Counted from the stretch's first letter, positions 1 through 9,915 are shown. The stretch: 64,000 nucleotides of DNA from Phycisphaeraceae bacterium (GCA_963674705.1 OY771506.1:2400001-2464000), one strand, 5' to 3'. The notes: generated by a model from the letters alone, not told the origin. Program-made: numbers and translations.

Positions 1-524
1 ACGGGCCAGTGAATACATGTGCCTGATTCATCTTGCACCCATCCTGCCGGGTGCGCTGTGCAGATGGGGTGTTCAACGGAGAATATAAATTGTCCGTTAC
101 GCTTAAGGGCTTCAAACATTTTACGAACAGCCGCCGCGTAATCGGCAACGTAGTGTAACGCCATCGAAGACACAACCAGATCGTAGGCCTGGCTTTCAGG
201 TGTGTATGCCTCGATCGAGCCGAGCTGATAATGTATCTGCTCATCCGTCGTTAAGCGGATTGCTTCTGCGATCATCTTTTCCGAGACATCCAACGCTGTA
301 ACGGATGCCGCCCCTGCATGGCGTGCGTAACGTGCAAAGTCACCGAAGCCACACCCAAGATCAAGAACGGCAAGCCCTGACAGATTAGGCAACTGTGCTT
401 GAAGCGCAGGCACCTCAAGAGGACCATTCAGCCCCGTGTCATTCTGACGCAGTTCCTTATAGCCCTCATAAAAACGAGGATTATCATAAATATTTTGAGG
501 CAAATGCTTCTCGACTCGATCCAT
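1..524 (-). CDS. Class I SAM-dependent methyltransferase (3' end runs off window)
   Basis: Not in ORF track. Manual translation from ATG 524 (or TTG 503) gives MDRVEKHLPQNIYDNPRFYEGYKELR...VLDLGCGFG...VTALDVSEKMI, containing SAM-binding motif I (LDLGCGxG). Confidence 0.88.
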   Translation of the reverse strand, partial: MDRVEKHLPQNIYDNPRFYEGYKELRQNDTGLNGPLEVPALQAQLPNLSGLAVLDLGCGFGDFARYARHAGAASVTALDVSEKMIAEAIRLTTDEQIHYQLGSIEAYTPESQAYDLVVSSMALHYVADYAAAVRKMFEALKRNGQFIFSVEHPICTAHPAGWVQDESGTCIHWP

Positions 525-1009
525 GATAAACGTAATGATCCTCGCTACGAATACCTGTGCAATCTCGGTTATTCACACAGCCTAGTCCGACAGGATGGGT
601 AGAGCAACGCGACGGCCTCAACAACGCCCAGTGTTATACCCACCGTCAAACAGGTTGATCACGTCATAGCGCAACCCATGGTCGCGGCTTTACAGTTGGT
701 ATTCTGTCGGGTTTATGTGTTTCGGCCAGGTCGGTCATCTGGCCGGCATCCAGGAATTTACATTCTGTTGACTCGACTCGTGCCGTCGGCGTCTGATCGG
801 CGCACAATCCCGGCCGTCGGCCCGGTCCGGATCGGGTGACCCGACCGGTTCGACTCGACCTGAAAATGACAAAAATCCGATCACCTTCATCGTGCGCGCG
901 CGGTCCGATCGCGACAGGGCTGTGCGCCCGTTGAGTGGTGGATAACGGTGCCCGGGGGGTGGCGGGTTTGCCTGGGGCGGGTCGCTCGGGTAGGCGATCA
1001 GGATGTGGA

Positions 1010-1042
1010 TAAAAAAACACCCCCGCGCCGAAGCGCGAGGGC
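1010..1042 (-). terminator. Intrinsic terminator downstream of DUF2617 gene
   Basis: Minus strand GCCCTCGCGC-TTCG-GCGCGGGGGTG followed by a T8 run, ~80 bp after the stop at 1125. Confidence 0.7.
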
Positions 1043-1124
1043 GGCTCAGTGACACTTGGTTGCAGGCTCCGCCCCCGGACCCCCGGCCCCCCGGATGTTC
1101 AACCCCCGACCACGGTCCACTCAA

Positions 1125-1679
1125 TCAGGCGATCGTTTCAAAGATCGACTGGGTACGCAGGACCAGGCCGCTGGAGCCCAGCAGGTGGTAGCTCTGCATG
1201 TGGTATTCACGCTTGTACTTCTGCGTATCGAGCACGGACAGGCAGGCCACGCCGTCGTCGTCGGCATATTCGTGGGCCAGGCTGCCGGTCTCTCGGGCGA
1301 AGTCGCGCATCTCGCGGAGGGTCGCGGCGTAGAGGTTATCCGTCAGGGCCTCGGTCTGTATCGTCGTGACATAGCCGATCTTATCGTCCGGCTTGGGGTC
1401 GTATTCGAACTCTTTTTCACCCAGGCAGGGCAGGGCATGGACCAGGCCATGCTCGGGCAGGTGATCGGCGTTCTCGATCACGGCCTCGGTCAGGACTTCG
1501 CCGGCGTAGGAAAACCGTACCAGGTGCCCTGCGGGGGTGACCCAGTTCTCGGCTTCGTAATCGCCGTGACGGTCGATCCGACGTGCCTGCAGATCAAATA
1601 ACTCCGGGTGCAGTGGTCGGTTATAGACCATCAAACGGAAGGCTTGTGTACTTGCTGATTTATGACTAACGCTCATCAC
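1125..1679 (-). CDS. DUF2617-like conserved planctomycete protein
   Basis: 184-aa ORF; YxRPLHPELF motif near the N-terminus and C-terminal ...TQSIFE resemble DUF2617 proteins. Confidence 0.65.
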   Translation of the reverse strand: MMSVSHKSASTQAFRLMVYNRPLHPELFDLQARRIDRHGDYEAENWVTPAGHLVRFSYAGEVLTEAVIENADHLPEHGLVHALPCLGEKEFEYDPKPDDKIGYVTTIQTEALTDNLYAATLREMRDFARETGSLAHEYADDDGVACLSVLDTQKYKREYHMQSYHLLGSSGLVLRTQSIFETIA

Positions 1680-1925
1680 CGACCCCTGACTTTCTCATGG
1701 GTAAAACAAGGTTCATTTTGTACTAGGAACAACAAACTACTGGGCGGGGGTGTGGGCGGATTATAGCCCGCCAGATGGGGTATTGGAAGCCTTTTTACGT
1801 AAATTTGAACCACTATTTTTTGTGATACCCCCTTGGTTTACAGCCGTTTGGAGCGATGGACCGATAATTCTTACAGCCGAGTTGGCTAACTTAAGGCCTG
1901 ATGGGTATCGGGCGGTGGTGTTTCT

Positions 1926-3902
1926 ATGTCGAAAGTGCAGGAAATACATAACTTCCTACGTGCTAAGGCCGATCCGTGCGTGGACCAGGCCTTCGCGCAG
2001 GCCCTGCCGACTGCCGATCTGACCAGCCTGACATCCATCGCAACGGCCTTGCTGCAGCGTAAACACGCTTTGGGCAATGTCTCATTGATTGAACAATATC
2101 ACCGCCTGCCCGAGTCGACCCAACGGGCCATTCTTCATGATGCACCGGAGCTGACCAAGGCCTTGCGGATCGCGATGAGCGAACACAAAACCGCGGCCCC
2201 GGCCAATGCGCTGCACATCATCCACCAGTCCGGGTCGGTCCGACTCGTCTACCTCATCCCCGATCAGTTGCGCCACGGCCCGTCCAAGCTCAAAGATGAA
2301 GCGGCCAAGTGCTTGTTGGAAATGGCGTTACGTACGACGTCCGAGGGCGCGGGCGGTGGGGCGGCGCTCGATGCGGTGGAGGCGGGCTTTGTCATCACGG
2401 CCGTGCGCGACGCGATACGGTTCTTCGGCCAGCACCAGCGTAAAGATGTGTTGCTAGCGATGTTATCGCTGCCGCTGCATGCAGTTACGCAGTTATTGAA
2501 GTCGCTCGAGCCCTTGGGTAAGGACTGGACACACCCGACGGGCGTCACGCTGACCCGATCCGATACGCTTGCCTCCCGTCAGGCATTGCTGCCGGCCCTG
2601 AGTGTCCAGCCGTTGCACCCGTTTGCACTGGATGGCATACGCATCTGCCAGGATACGCATACACTTGCTGATGCGCTTAAGCACTGGCATTTATTGAAGT
2701 TACGCCGATACCGGATCGCTGTTAAGCGTATCAGAAACAAGGAACAATACATCCCGGATGCTGCCGCGTATAAGGTGGAAGGCCCGGCCGGGCACACCGC
2801 GGGACTGGTCGCCTGGCTGAGCGAGTTACCGATGGAGTCGGCGGCGCTGGTTCGTGAGTTGTCTGCGCTGAACCAGGCAGCAGGCGATTACACCAGGTTG
2901 TTGGCATTACGTAAGTTATTGACGTTAGCGGAAGGTACGAAGCCGGAGGATTCGGTGCATCACGCGATCGCCGGCTACTGCTCCGACAAGTCGCCGCAGA
3001 TCGTCCGCGTCGCGCTGACGCACCTGATCCGCTGTCATTACCCCGACATTACCAAGGTGTTAGCACAATTAGTCAACTCGCCTGATGAGCAGATCCAGCG
3101 GATCGCCGGCAAACGCCTGGCGCCGGTGGCGTTCGCCAAGCTCTGGGATAGCTGGCCTAAACTCAGCCGCGAACAGCAGATAGCCGCCGGCCGAGCGCTG
3201 ATCAAGATCGATCCGAACTTCCACGCCCAGTTGCACGACAAGATGTGCCTGCCCGATCCGGAGCCGAAGATCCGCGCCATGTCGATCATCAGCGAACTGA
3301 ATCAAGGCCTGCTTTTAGAAGATAAACTCCGCCAACTCAGCCGGGACAGCAATCCGCACGTAGTTGCCTCTGCTATCAAGGCTTTAGGTTCCGCCGACCC
3401 GGTGCGTAACATCCCGCTGATCGAACGCGCGCTTGAATCGGATGATGATCGCGTTCGCGCTAACGCGGTCGAAGCATTGGCGAAACTCGGCATCGGCCAG
3501 CACGCTGATCTGTTGGTTCGGATGACGCACGAAACCGAATCGAACCGTACGCGCGCCAATGCGATCCACGCGCTGATGCAGATGCAGGCCGGTGATGCGC
3601 TTCAAGCGTTGTCACGTATGTTAAACGACACGCGCGCAGCGCATCGCGCTTCGGCGTTGTGGCTGGTTGAAGAGATGGGCGTAACGCAGGTTGCGCGCGA
3701 TGTGGCGGAGATGTCGATCAGTGAGCCGGACAAGAACGTTCGTAAGAAAGCGGCGCGCGTGATCAATCACATCATCGATCAGATGACGCAACCGCTTCCG
3801 TTTGAAGTTTCACTTGATGATGAAGAAGGCGGACAAGCGCCTGCACATCAAGTGGCGGCTGCGCCTAAAGCAACGCCTGGTGATAAAGCAGCGGGTAAAT
3901 AA
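1926..3902 (+). CDS. HEAT-repeat protein
   Basis: 658 aa, helical, with repeated DxxxxVRxxAxxAL units (e.g. DDDRVRANAVEALAKL, SNRTRANAIHAL). Confidence 0.85.
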   Translation: MSKVQEIHNFLRAKADPCVDQAFAQALPTADLTSLTSIATALLQRKHALGNVSLIEQYHRLPESTQRAILHDAPELTKALRIAMSEHKTAAPANALHIIHQSGSVRLVYLIPDQLRHGPSKLKDEAAKCLLEMALRTTSEGAGGGAALDAVEAGFVITAVRDAIRFFGQHQRKDVLLAMLSLPLHAVTQLLKSLEPLGKDWTHPTGVTLTRSDTLASRQALLPALSVQPLHPFALDGIRICQDTHTLADALKHWHLLKLRRYRIAVKRIRNKEQYIPDAAAYKVEGPAGHTAGLVAWLSELPMESAALVRELSALNQAAGDYTRLLALRKLLTLAEGTKPEDSVHHAIAGYCSDKSPQIVRVALTHLIRCHYPDITKVLAQLVNSPDEQIQRIAGKRLAPVAFAKLWDSWPKLSREQQIAAGRALIKIDPNFHAQLHDKMCLPDPEPKIRAMSIISELNQGLLLEDKLRQLSRDSNPHVVASAIKALGSADPVRNIPLIERALESDDDRVRANAVEALAKLGIGQHADLLVRMTHETESNRTRANAIHALMQMQAGDALQALSRMLNDTRAAHRASALWLVEEMGVTQVARDVAEMSISEPDKNVRKKAARVINHIIDQMTQPLPFEVSLDDEEGGQAPAHQVAAAPKATPGDKAAGK

Positions 3903-3904
3903 GC

Positions 3905-4420
3905 ATGTTTGATATAAGCGTTCCAATCAGTTTACTCGCGCAAACCGCCGCGGATACCTCGGCCCCCCCGGATGCCGCCACGACGGGCACCAGTGTGGCG
4001 CAGCTCAAGGAGATATCCAAGAACCTGAGCAGCGAAGGTTTGATCTCGTCACACTGGTTGATCATCGCGGTCGGCCTGGTCTTGCTGTTATTAAGCACGC
4101 TCTCCATTCTGCAATGGTGGCAGCGCCGCCACGAACAATCACACCCCTGGCTCGTGTACTTAAGCACCGCACGCTTCGCAGGCCTGGGTTTACGACATCA
4201 ATGGGTCCTGCTCTGGGTCGCACGCCAGCAGAAACTGGTTTCACCCATCACACTGATGCTCTCGCCCAGCACGTTTGATATGCATGTCAAAGCGTATCTC
4301 GAATCCCGCTCGGGTATGCGGCAAGAAGGGCTGCGTAGAAAGCTGCAGGAAGTGCGCGATATTCTTTACGGGGATGTAGTCACAGTGAGTCGGGTATTAG
4401 AAGCGGGAAGCGCTGCATAG
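3905..4420 (+). CDS. Hypothetical single-pass membrane protein
   Basis: 171 aa; starts 2 bp after the HEAT gene stop; hydrophobic segment WLIIAVGLVLLLLSTLSILQWW. Confidence 0.75.
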   Translation: MFDISVPISLLAQTAADTSAPPDAATTGTSVAQLKEISKNLSSEGLISSHWLIIAVGLVLLLLSTLSILQWWQRRHEQSHPWLVYLSTARFAGLGLRHQWVLLWVARQQKLVSPITLMLSPSTFDMHVKAYLESRSGMRQEGLRRKLQEVRDILYGDVVTVSRVLEAGSAA

Positions 4421-4526
4421 TACTTGTGATTTTAATAGGTCCGGATCCGCCCGGATAAAGCGCGTCGATACTTGGTCAATGTTTTCGACATCAAAGTGTT
4501 GTACCACGGCAAGTAGCGGAAGTGTT

Positions 4527-4558
4527 TAGCCACAGATGAACACGGATGTACACAGATG
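4527..4558. repeat. Solo arm of CACAGATGA-type 9-mer repeat
   Basis: TAGCCACAGATGAACACGGATGTACACAGATG; same family as 7017-7164. Confidence 0.75.
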
Positions 4559-4652
4559 TAAAACATGGTGTTGGAAGTGTAGTAGATACATCGGGGTTTA
4601 AGAAGCAAACAACATCTTGAAGTGGGGACGTGTTTGGGAGGAACGAGGATGT

Positions 4653-4669
4653 GCTAAGCCGCGTGCGAC
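4653..4669 (+). repeat. REP-like GCTAAGCCGC(A/G)(A/T)GCG(G/A)C copy 1
   Basis: Other copies at 5696, 7251, 9862, 38996 (+) and 29916 (-). Confidence 0.7.
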
Positions 4670-4761
4670 TTTGGGGGAATGGTCTCAGATACTATTGAGT
4701 CAGCACACTTTGTGAGTTCGTGGTCGGGGTACACGGGTAATGCGTTATGATTGTTGTATAA

Positions 4762-5463
4762 ATGCCAGAATTATTTGAAAAACAAACATTCTCGTGGCCA
4801 GTGCGCCACATGCAGGACTGGGTTTTCAGCGACATGGTGTTCCGACGCTGCAGCCTTGATGGTGGTATCGTTTGCGATGATGCTTCGCGTAGAGCGGTTA
4901 TTCGCCATATTGAACTCGATCGTTGTGAGCAGTCGGGAGGCGCTATAACTAAAGGTGTAATATTTGAAGACATTGTTCTGAAAGGAACAAGTCGCTTGCG
5001 TAACGCCATGTTTTATGCGCCCGCACTTAAGCACGTCAAGATATCCGGCAGGATCGATAAGCTCTGGCTCCTAGATCTCTGGAAAGGTGATCCAGGGCAT
5101 CCTCTAAACGCTGAATTCAAGAAGGCTAATGCTGATTATTACAAGCACGTCGACTGGGCGTTAGATCTCAGTGAAGCTGAATTTTCTGGCGAGTGCGACA
5201 TCCGCGGTATACCTTGGCAGCTAATCAAGCGTGATCCGGAGACACAAATAGTAGTTACACGCCAAAAAGCTGAGGCGATGAGCTATGAGTTAGAACAACT
5301 GAATTTGGATCTTACAACATACTGGGGAACTGCTATCCGCTCGATGCTGAAGCGCGGGGATGACGGTGCAGTATTGGTTGCCTCCAAACGATCTAAAAAA
5401 TTTCGTGACTACCTAAAAGGTTTGCACTTATTGCGCCAAGCTGGCATAGCTGAGCCGGATTAA
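4762..5463 (+). CDS. Hypothetical protein
   Basis: 233-aa ATG-initiated ORF with protein-like composition, AT-richer codon usage; no recognised catalytic motif. Confidence 0.8.
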   Translation: MPELFEKQTFSWPVRHMQDWVFSDMVFRRCSLDGGIVCDDASRRAVIRHIELDRCEQSGGAITKGVIFEDIVLKGTSRLRNAMFYAPALKHVKISGRIDKLWLLDLWKGDPGHPLNAEFKKANADYYKHVDWALDLSEAEFSGECDIRGIPWQLIKRDPETQIVVTRQKAEAMSYELEQLNLDLTTYWGTAIRSMLKRGDDGAVLVASKRSKKFRDYLKGLHLLRQAGIAEPD

Positions 5464-5578
5464 TATGTCGGATAGGCTCTGCTCAGATACGAAATCTTAC
5501 CGTTTGGTATTCGTCATGAGTACAAGCGTTTGAAAGACTTCGGTTGGAAGAACCACACCGCGCGGGTCTGGGAATTGG

Positions 5579-5644
5579 GAACACTGATCTTCACTTATCT
5601 TCGCTGATAAGAAGATTAGTGTGGATTAGAGAGGATTGGTGTTC
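5579..5644. repeat. Imperfect inverted repeat built of CACTxATCT-type 9-mers
   Basis: GAACACTGATCTTCACTTATCTTCGCTGAT ... ATTAGTGTGGATTAGAGAGGATTGGTGTTC. Confidence 0.6.
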
Positions 5645-5695
5645 TATTTGGTTTTAAATTTGTGGAGGAGGATACGATTAGGTGGGGCGGAATGC

Positions 5696-5712
5696 GCTAA
5701 GCCGCGAGCGGC
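5696..5712 (+). repeat. REP-like GCTAAGCCGCGAGCGGC copy 2
   Basis: Short palindrome GCCGC-GA-GCGGC preceded by GCTAA. Confidence 0.75.
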
Positions 5713-5915
5713 TTTGGGGGGTGTGTTGTCAGCCATCATTGATCAGGGGCGTGTTTGATGGGCTACGGTCCGATAAGGCCGTGAGGCAGGGGTGTTCATA
5801 TCAATTTGTCTTGTTGTTTATCTTCAATAACTTTATAGTGATATGGGATCGCGCCGAAGCAGGTGTAGGCCAGTATCGATCGTTCGGGAACCAAATCAAT
5901 TGAAAGGGGTCAGTT

Positions 5916-6269
5916 TTGAAACGCACGCACTTCCGGTTGGCAGCATTTGCATCGCTGGTTTTGATGTTGGTGGGGGGGAATGTGTTTGCGGGCTGCACGT
6001 TGATGCTTAGTCATCACTCCACGCTAGATGTGTCGGGCAGCACTTTGTACGATGTGCCGGACGGCACGATATTCACGGTTTATGATACGACTGTTATAAA
6101 CAACACCATTAGCATCTACGATGACGGCGGTGTCGGCATAGTCGATTTGGATGATTGGCTGAACAATTGGAACGCTGGTCCGCCACCGGGAGCGGTGATT
6201 CCCGAGCCGTCCAGTGCGGCGGTGTTGGGTGTGATCGGTGTTGCGGGTGTTTGCCGACGTCGGCGTTAG
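5916..6269 (+). CDS. Small PEP-CTERM protein with partial dockerin-like motif
   Basis: TTG start, signal peptide, DDGGVGIVDLDDWLNNW, then IPEP + TM helix + RRRR. Confidence 0.8.
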   Translation: MKRTHFRLAAFASLVLMLVGGNVFAGCTLMLSHHSTLDVSGSTLYDVPDGTIFTVYDTTVINNTISIYDDGGVGIVDLDDWLNNWNAGPPPGAVIPEPSSAAVLGVIGVAGVCRRRR

Positions 6270-6306
6270 CTTGCATGCATAGACTCAACAATCTTTTTGC
6301 ATTGTC

Positions 6307-6991
6307 CGGGCGGGCCCGTGAGACTCGCGCCGAGCGCTGCCCCTCATAACGGGGTCAGACCTCTATATACCTCTGACCACTATGTCCTTTGTATGTTTAA
6401 AGGCTCTATCTATGGTTGACCTGACGCAATCCGATGAATCGCTCGTGATCCGTACCGACTTCAGCGATGATGCGGTTTGGAACGAGTTGAAGTCTGCCAT
6501 CACGCGGGAGGACCCGGTTCACGGCTTTCAAGCTGACGTGGCGTTTGTTGATGATGCGGCGTATGCGGGGTTGACTATCGAGCGCGTGCTTGAGTTGTTC
6601 CCGGAGGATTCTGAGCAGCCGTTTGTGTTCCTGGTTGATGGTGAGGCTATCAGCGGCGCTGAGCATCCTGTCGTGTGTGTTGATCTTTTTGATGAGCGTG
6701 GCCGAACGTTCCGTGTAGTGCCTTCCGAGATGTGGTGTGTCGAGAACAACCTCGCGCTCGCGAACATGGACTTTGCAGAGTTTGCGGACAACGTTGATGA
6801 AGACGGTGTGTTCCGTGGTTTTTCCGGGTAGCTGTGAAGTGGTCTATTTGCGGACCGAGCAAGCATCATCCGTTTATTGAAAAAAATACGGGGAAGTTTC
6901 CCACAATGATGCCCGCATTTCTTTGTATGTCTGGGTGTCTGGAGACCTTCGGTCGGGGGTTGCGGCGGGGTCGGGAGACACGCGCCGAGCG
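6307..6991 (+). repeat. Direct pair of GAGAC(T/A)CGCGCCGAGCG REP-like repeats (6307-6336, 6941-6991) flanking one gene
   Basis: CGGGCGGGCCCGTGAGACTCGCGCCGAGCG vs GCGGCGGGGTCGGGAGACACGCGCCGAGCG. Confidence 0.6.
6412..6831 (+). CDS. DUF6924-like acidic protein
   Basis: LVIRTDFSDDAVW ... FRVVPSEMWCVENNLALANMDFAEFADNVDEDGVFRGF matches the DUF6924 pattern; start at 6412 or 6382. Confidence 0.75.
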   Translation: MVDLTQSDESLVIRTDFSDDAVWNELKSAITREDPVHGFQADVAFVDDAAYAGLTIERVLELFPEDSEQPFVFLVDGEAISGAEHPVVCVDLFDERGRTFRVVPSEMWCVENNLALANMDFAEFADNVDEDGVFRGFSG

Positions 6992-7016
6992 AGCGAGTTT
7001 GTATCCAGACTATTTT

Positions 7017-7164
7017 TAGCCACAGATGAACACAGATGGAAAACAAGCGTATCCAAGTGGCATCAGATTCATCGCGGTTCGAGAATCTAGAACAAGTATC
7101 TTGATCCAAGATATTCAAAACAGGCTTTTTTCTTATCCGTGTTCATCTGTGTTTATCTGTGGCT
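7017..7164. repeat. Inverted repeat of CACAGATGA 9-mers (miniature element-like)
   Basis: TAGCCACAGATGAACACAGATG (7017-7038) and ATCCGTGTTCATCTGTGTTTATCTGTGGCTA (7135-7164) are reverse complements around a ~95-bp spacer. Confidence 0.8.
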
Positions 7165-7250
7165 AGTTACCTTCATCATTATTAAGTTACAGCATAGATC
7201 GAATTTGTTGCGGGGGGAGAGGGAGTGAGAGCAGGTTGTGATTGATAGGT

Positions 7251-7267
7251 GCTAAGCCGCAAGCGGT
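7251..7267 (+). repeat. REP-like GCTAAGCCGCAAGCGG copy 3
   Basis: Directly after the stop codon of the SGNH gene. Confidence 0.75.
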
Positions 7268-8042
7268 TAGTATCAGGGGTTTTCTTGAGGGCGTGTTTGT
7301 TGGGGGTTTGTTAACAGGTGTTGGACTTTTTCGGCCATGAGTTGGTGGCCGTTTTCTGTCAGATGGGCGAGGTCAGAGGTGGTGTCTTTGCTTGAGAACA
7401 CACTTACCATGACCCGCTTGGGGATGAATATGACACCGTGCTTGATGGCTAATTCTCGTTGGATACGGCTGTATTGCCATTGCCAGGGGAGGACGGGCAA
7501 TTCGAACATGGCTACCTGGTGGCCGCTGCTTTTCAGTTCTGTCAGGATCGAATCCAGATCATTGCGAAATGCTTTGGTAGGCGTGGGGCCGAACAGGTCG
7601 TTGCCGCCTATTTCCAGTAGTACAAGCTGGTGGTCGTTCGGCACTTTGGGGATTTGCTTGTGCAGGGCGCTATTGACGGTAGCGCCTGATACCGCCAGAT
7701 TGAGCACATCGATGCCGGTATTTTCCGAAAGCACCTTGGGCCAGGTTCTTTCAGAAGGGCCGCCGATACCTTCGCTGATTGAATCACCCACAATACAGAT
7801 GCTTTGTACATCTTCTGGGAAGGTGGGCAGGGCGATGCGGTAACTGAACGAAACCAGCAGGATTGCAATGACAAGCAGGTTTACGATGCTGTAGCCTCGA
7901 AGCAGTTTTATCGAGCGTTTCCTGATATACCAACTTCCGGCGGGCCAAACGGCAAACAGGATAATTACGAGGCTGTATGCAAACAGAGCTGGTCCCCAAA
8001 TCTTGGACAGCCGGTTGGCCTGAATAAGGTGGGCCAACGGGT

Positions 8043-8925
8043 TTATGCCGCGGCCAGCGGCGGTCCGGTTATAGGTTTTCCATCATACGCTTCGTCCGGC
8101 GTCCGTCCAGCGAGTGTCGAGTGCGGACGCTCGGTGTTGTAGAACCGCAGCCATTCATTGATCCCGGCGCGAGCTTCGCTGCCTCTGTCCCACGCGTGCA
8201 GGTACACGCATTCGTACTTCAGGCTCCGCCACAGACGTTCGATGAACACGTTGTCCATCCATCGGCCTTTGCCGTCCATCGATACCTTCGCGCCCGCGCT
8301 CTTCACTGTTTCGGTCCATTCCAGGCCGGTGAACTGGCTGCCCTGATCGGTGTTGATGATCTGCGGCGGGCCGTGCTTGCTCAGCGCTTCTTCCAACGCC
8401 TCGACGCAGAATGACGCTTCCATCGTGTTGCTCAATCGCCAGGCCAGCACCTTCCTGCTGTGCCAGTCCATGACCGCAACGAGGTACAAAAAGCCGCGTC
8501 GCATCGGGATGTATGTGATGTCGGCGCACCACACATGACCCGGCTGATCAATCTTCAGATTCCGCAGCAGGTACGGATACACCTTGTTTTCAAGGCATTT
8601 GACGCTGGTCTTCGGGGCCTGGTAGATCGGCGTCAAACCCATCTGGCGCATCAATCGACGCACACGCTTGCGGCCGACGTTGTAGCCAAGCCGACGCAAC
8701 CAACGCATCATCTGCCGGCTGCCGTAGAACGGCGTGCACAGGAACTGTCGGTCGATCAGACGCATCAGCTTCAGGTTCAACGGGCTCTCGCCTTTGCCTG
8801 AAAAGTAAAACGACGATCGGCTGATCGACACCAGCCCACACTGACGCACGATGCTCAGCTCGGGGTGCTTGGGTTCGACCATGTCGCAGCGGCGGCCGTG
8901 GCTCAAAGCCCCAACCCTTTTTTTA
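8043..8925 (-). CDS. IS3 transposase OrfB (DDE integrase core), expressed by -1 frameshift
   Basis: WCADITY, NTDQGSQF, DNVFIERLWRSLKYE and YNTERPHSTL motifs; slippery TTTTTAAAAAAAG at 8917-8929 at the end of orfA. Confidence 0.93.
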
Positions 8926-9187
8926 AAAAGTCCTTCTCGATGGTCAGCTCGCCGATCTTCGCGTGCAGCTCTTTGATCTGCTCGTCGGATGCCTGCGGGT
9001 CCTTGCCGCCGCCACGGGCAAAAAGCTGGGCCGCCTCCTGTGCCAGCAGCTTCTTCCACCCGCCGATCATGTTCGGATGCACGTCGTACTTCTTGGCGAT
9101 CTCCGCCACCGTCAACTCGCCACGCAGCGCCTCCAGCGCCACCTTCGCCTTGAATTCAGCCGTAAATCGTCGTCGCTTGCTCATCAA
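8903..9187 (-). CDS. IS3 transposase OrfA (HTH)
   Basis: RRRFTAEFKAKVALEAL...AEIAKKYDVHPNMIGGWKK...IGELTIEKDFLKK. Confidence 0.93.
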   Translation of the reverse strand: MMSKRRRFTAEFKAKVALEALRGELTVAEIAKKYDVHPNMIGGWKKLLAQEAAQLFARGGGKDPQASDEQIKELHAKIGELTIEKDFLKKGLGL

Positions 9188-9496
9188 GTAAGTCCTTTCA
9201 AATCTGCAGACCAGCCCACTTTAACCGGCTGTCCAAGATTTGGGGACCAGCTCTAACAATGGGAATGACATGCCGGACATTGCCAGGAGTATCAATCCGA
9301 CCAGGATGGCTAATATCGCGCTGGATGAGCTGAGGCGGCCCTTGCTGCACAGTAATAAAAGGATACTTGCTGCCAGGCATACACAGCCGATGGCGAAGGA
9401 ATAGCCTGCTGCGCAGAACCATATGAATTGCATTAGCATTGATTAATTATGCCTGGTCGTGGTCAAGGGGTGTGGTGTTTTGAGGTAACGCGCGAC

Positions 9497-9808
9497 ATGA
9501 AAATTGTTACTCATATTGTCAGCTTGGGTGTGTTAGCAGTTGTTGTTCTTGCACAGATCGTACACATGTCCTTGGAGGGTTCATTTTATACGCCTGGGAA
9601 TGTAGGCGGGCAGAATTATGGTATTCATGACTTTATTGCCCAGTTATTTGCACTTGCTGGATTAATATTAGTCTGTATTTGGTTTTATGTCACAATCAAT
9701 TCTATCGGTTCAAAGTACAAGTATGCACTGATTGAAAAGGTTGCACTTTTTCTCAGTGTACTATGCTTTGTTACTGCTGCGATATTAGATATATTGCGAT
9801 CGCAGTAA
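9497..9808 (+). CDS. Small AT-rich membrane protein (3 TM)
   Basis: ATG 9497 preceded by GAGGT; three hydrophobic stretches. Confidence 0.6.
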   Translation: MKIVTHIVSLGVLAVVVLAQIVHMSLEGSFYTPGNVGGQNYGIHDFIAQLFALAGLILVCIWFYVTINSIGSKYKYALIEKVALFLSVLCFVTAAILDILRSQ

Positions 9809-9861
9809 ATTAATTTATATATATGCATAAGATGACTGTGCCATTCGACACACGTGAGATC

Positions 9862-9878
9862 GCTAAGCCGCAAGCGGC
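9862..9878 (+). repeat. REP-like GCTAAGCCGCAAGCGGC copy 4
   Basis: Between convergent genes. Confidence 0.75.
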
Positions 9879-9915
9879 TTGGGTTTGATTGATGTGAGTT
9901 TGTTTGGGAGGGGTT

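Larger units (their letters stand above)
7985..9254 (-). mobile_element. Complete IS3-family insertion sequence (1270 bp)
   Basis: Perfect 32-bp terminal IRs AGAGCTGGTCCCCAAATCTTGGACAGCCGGTT (7985-8016, 9223-9254); 3-bp target duplication AAC (7982-7984, 9255-9257); orfA/orfB organisation. Confidence 0.95.
7273..9439 (-). pseudogene. Membrane-anchored SGNH/GDSL hydrolase interrupted by IS3 element
   Basis: 5' part 9255-9439 (TM helices) joins in frame to 7273-7981 when the IS and one AAC copy are removed (...MSFPL-FAYSLV...), giving 297 aa. SGNH blocks GDSIS, GGND and DLAH are present. Confidence 0.88.

Noticed and set aside
664..1124. ORFs 664-1020 and 735-1124
   Set aside because: Pro/Arg/Gly-rich low-complexity translations that cross a terminator; no protein-like features.
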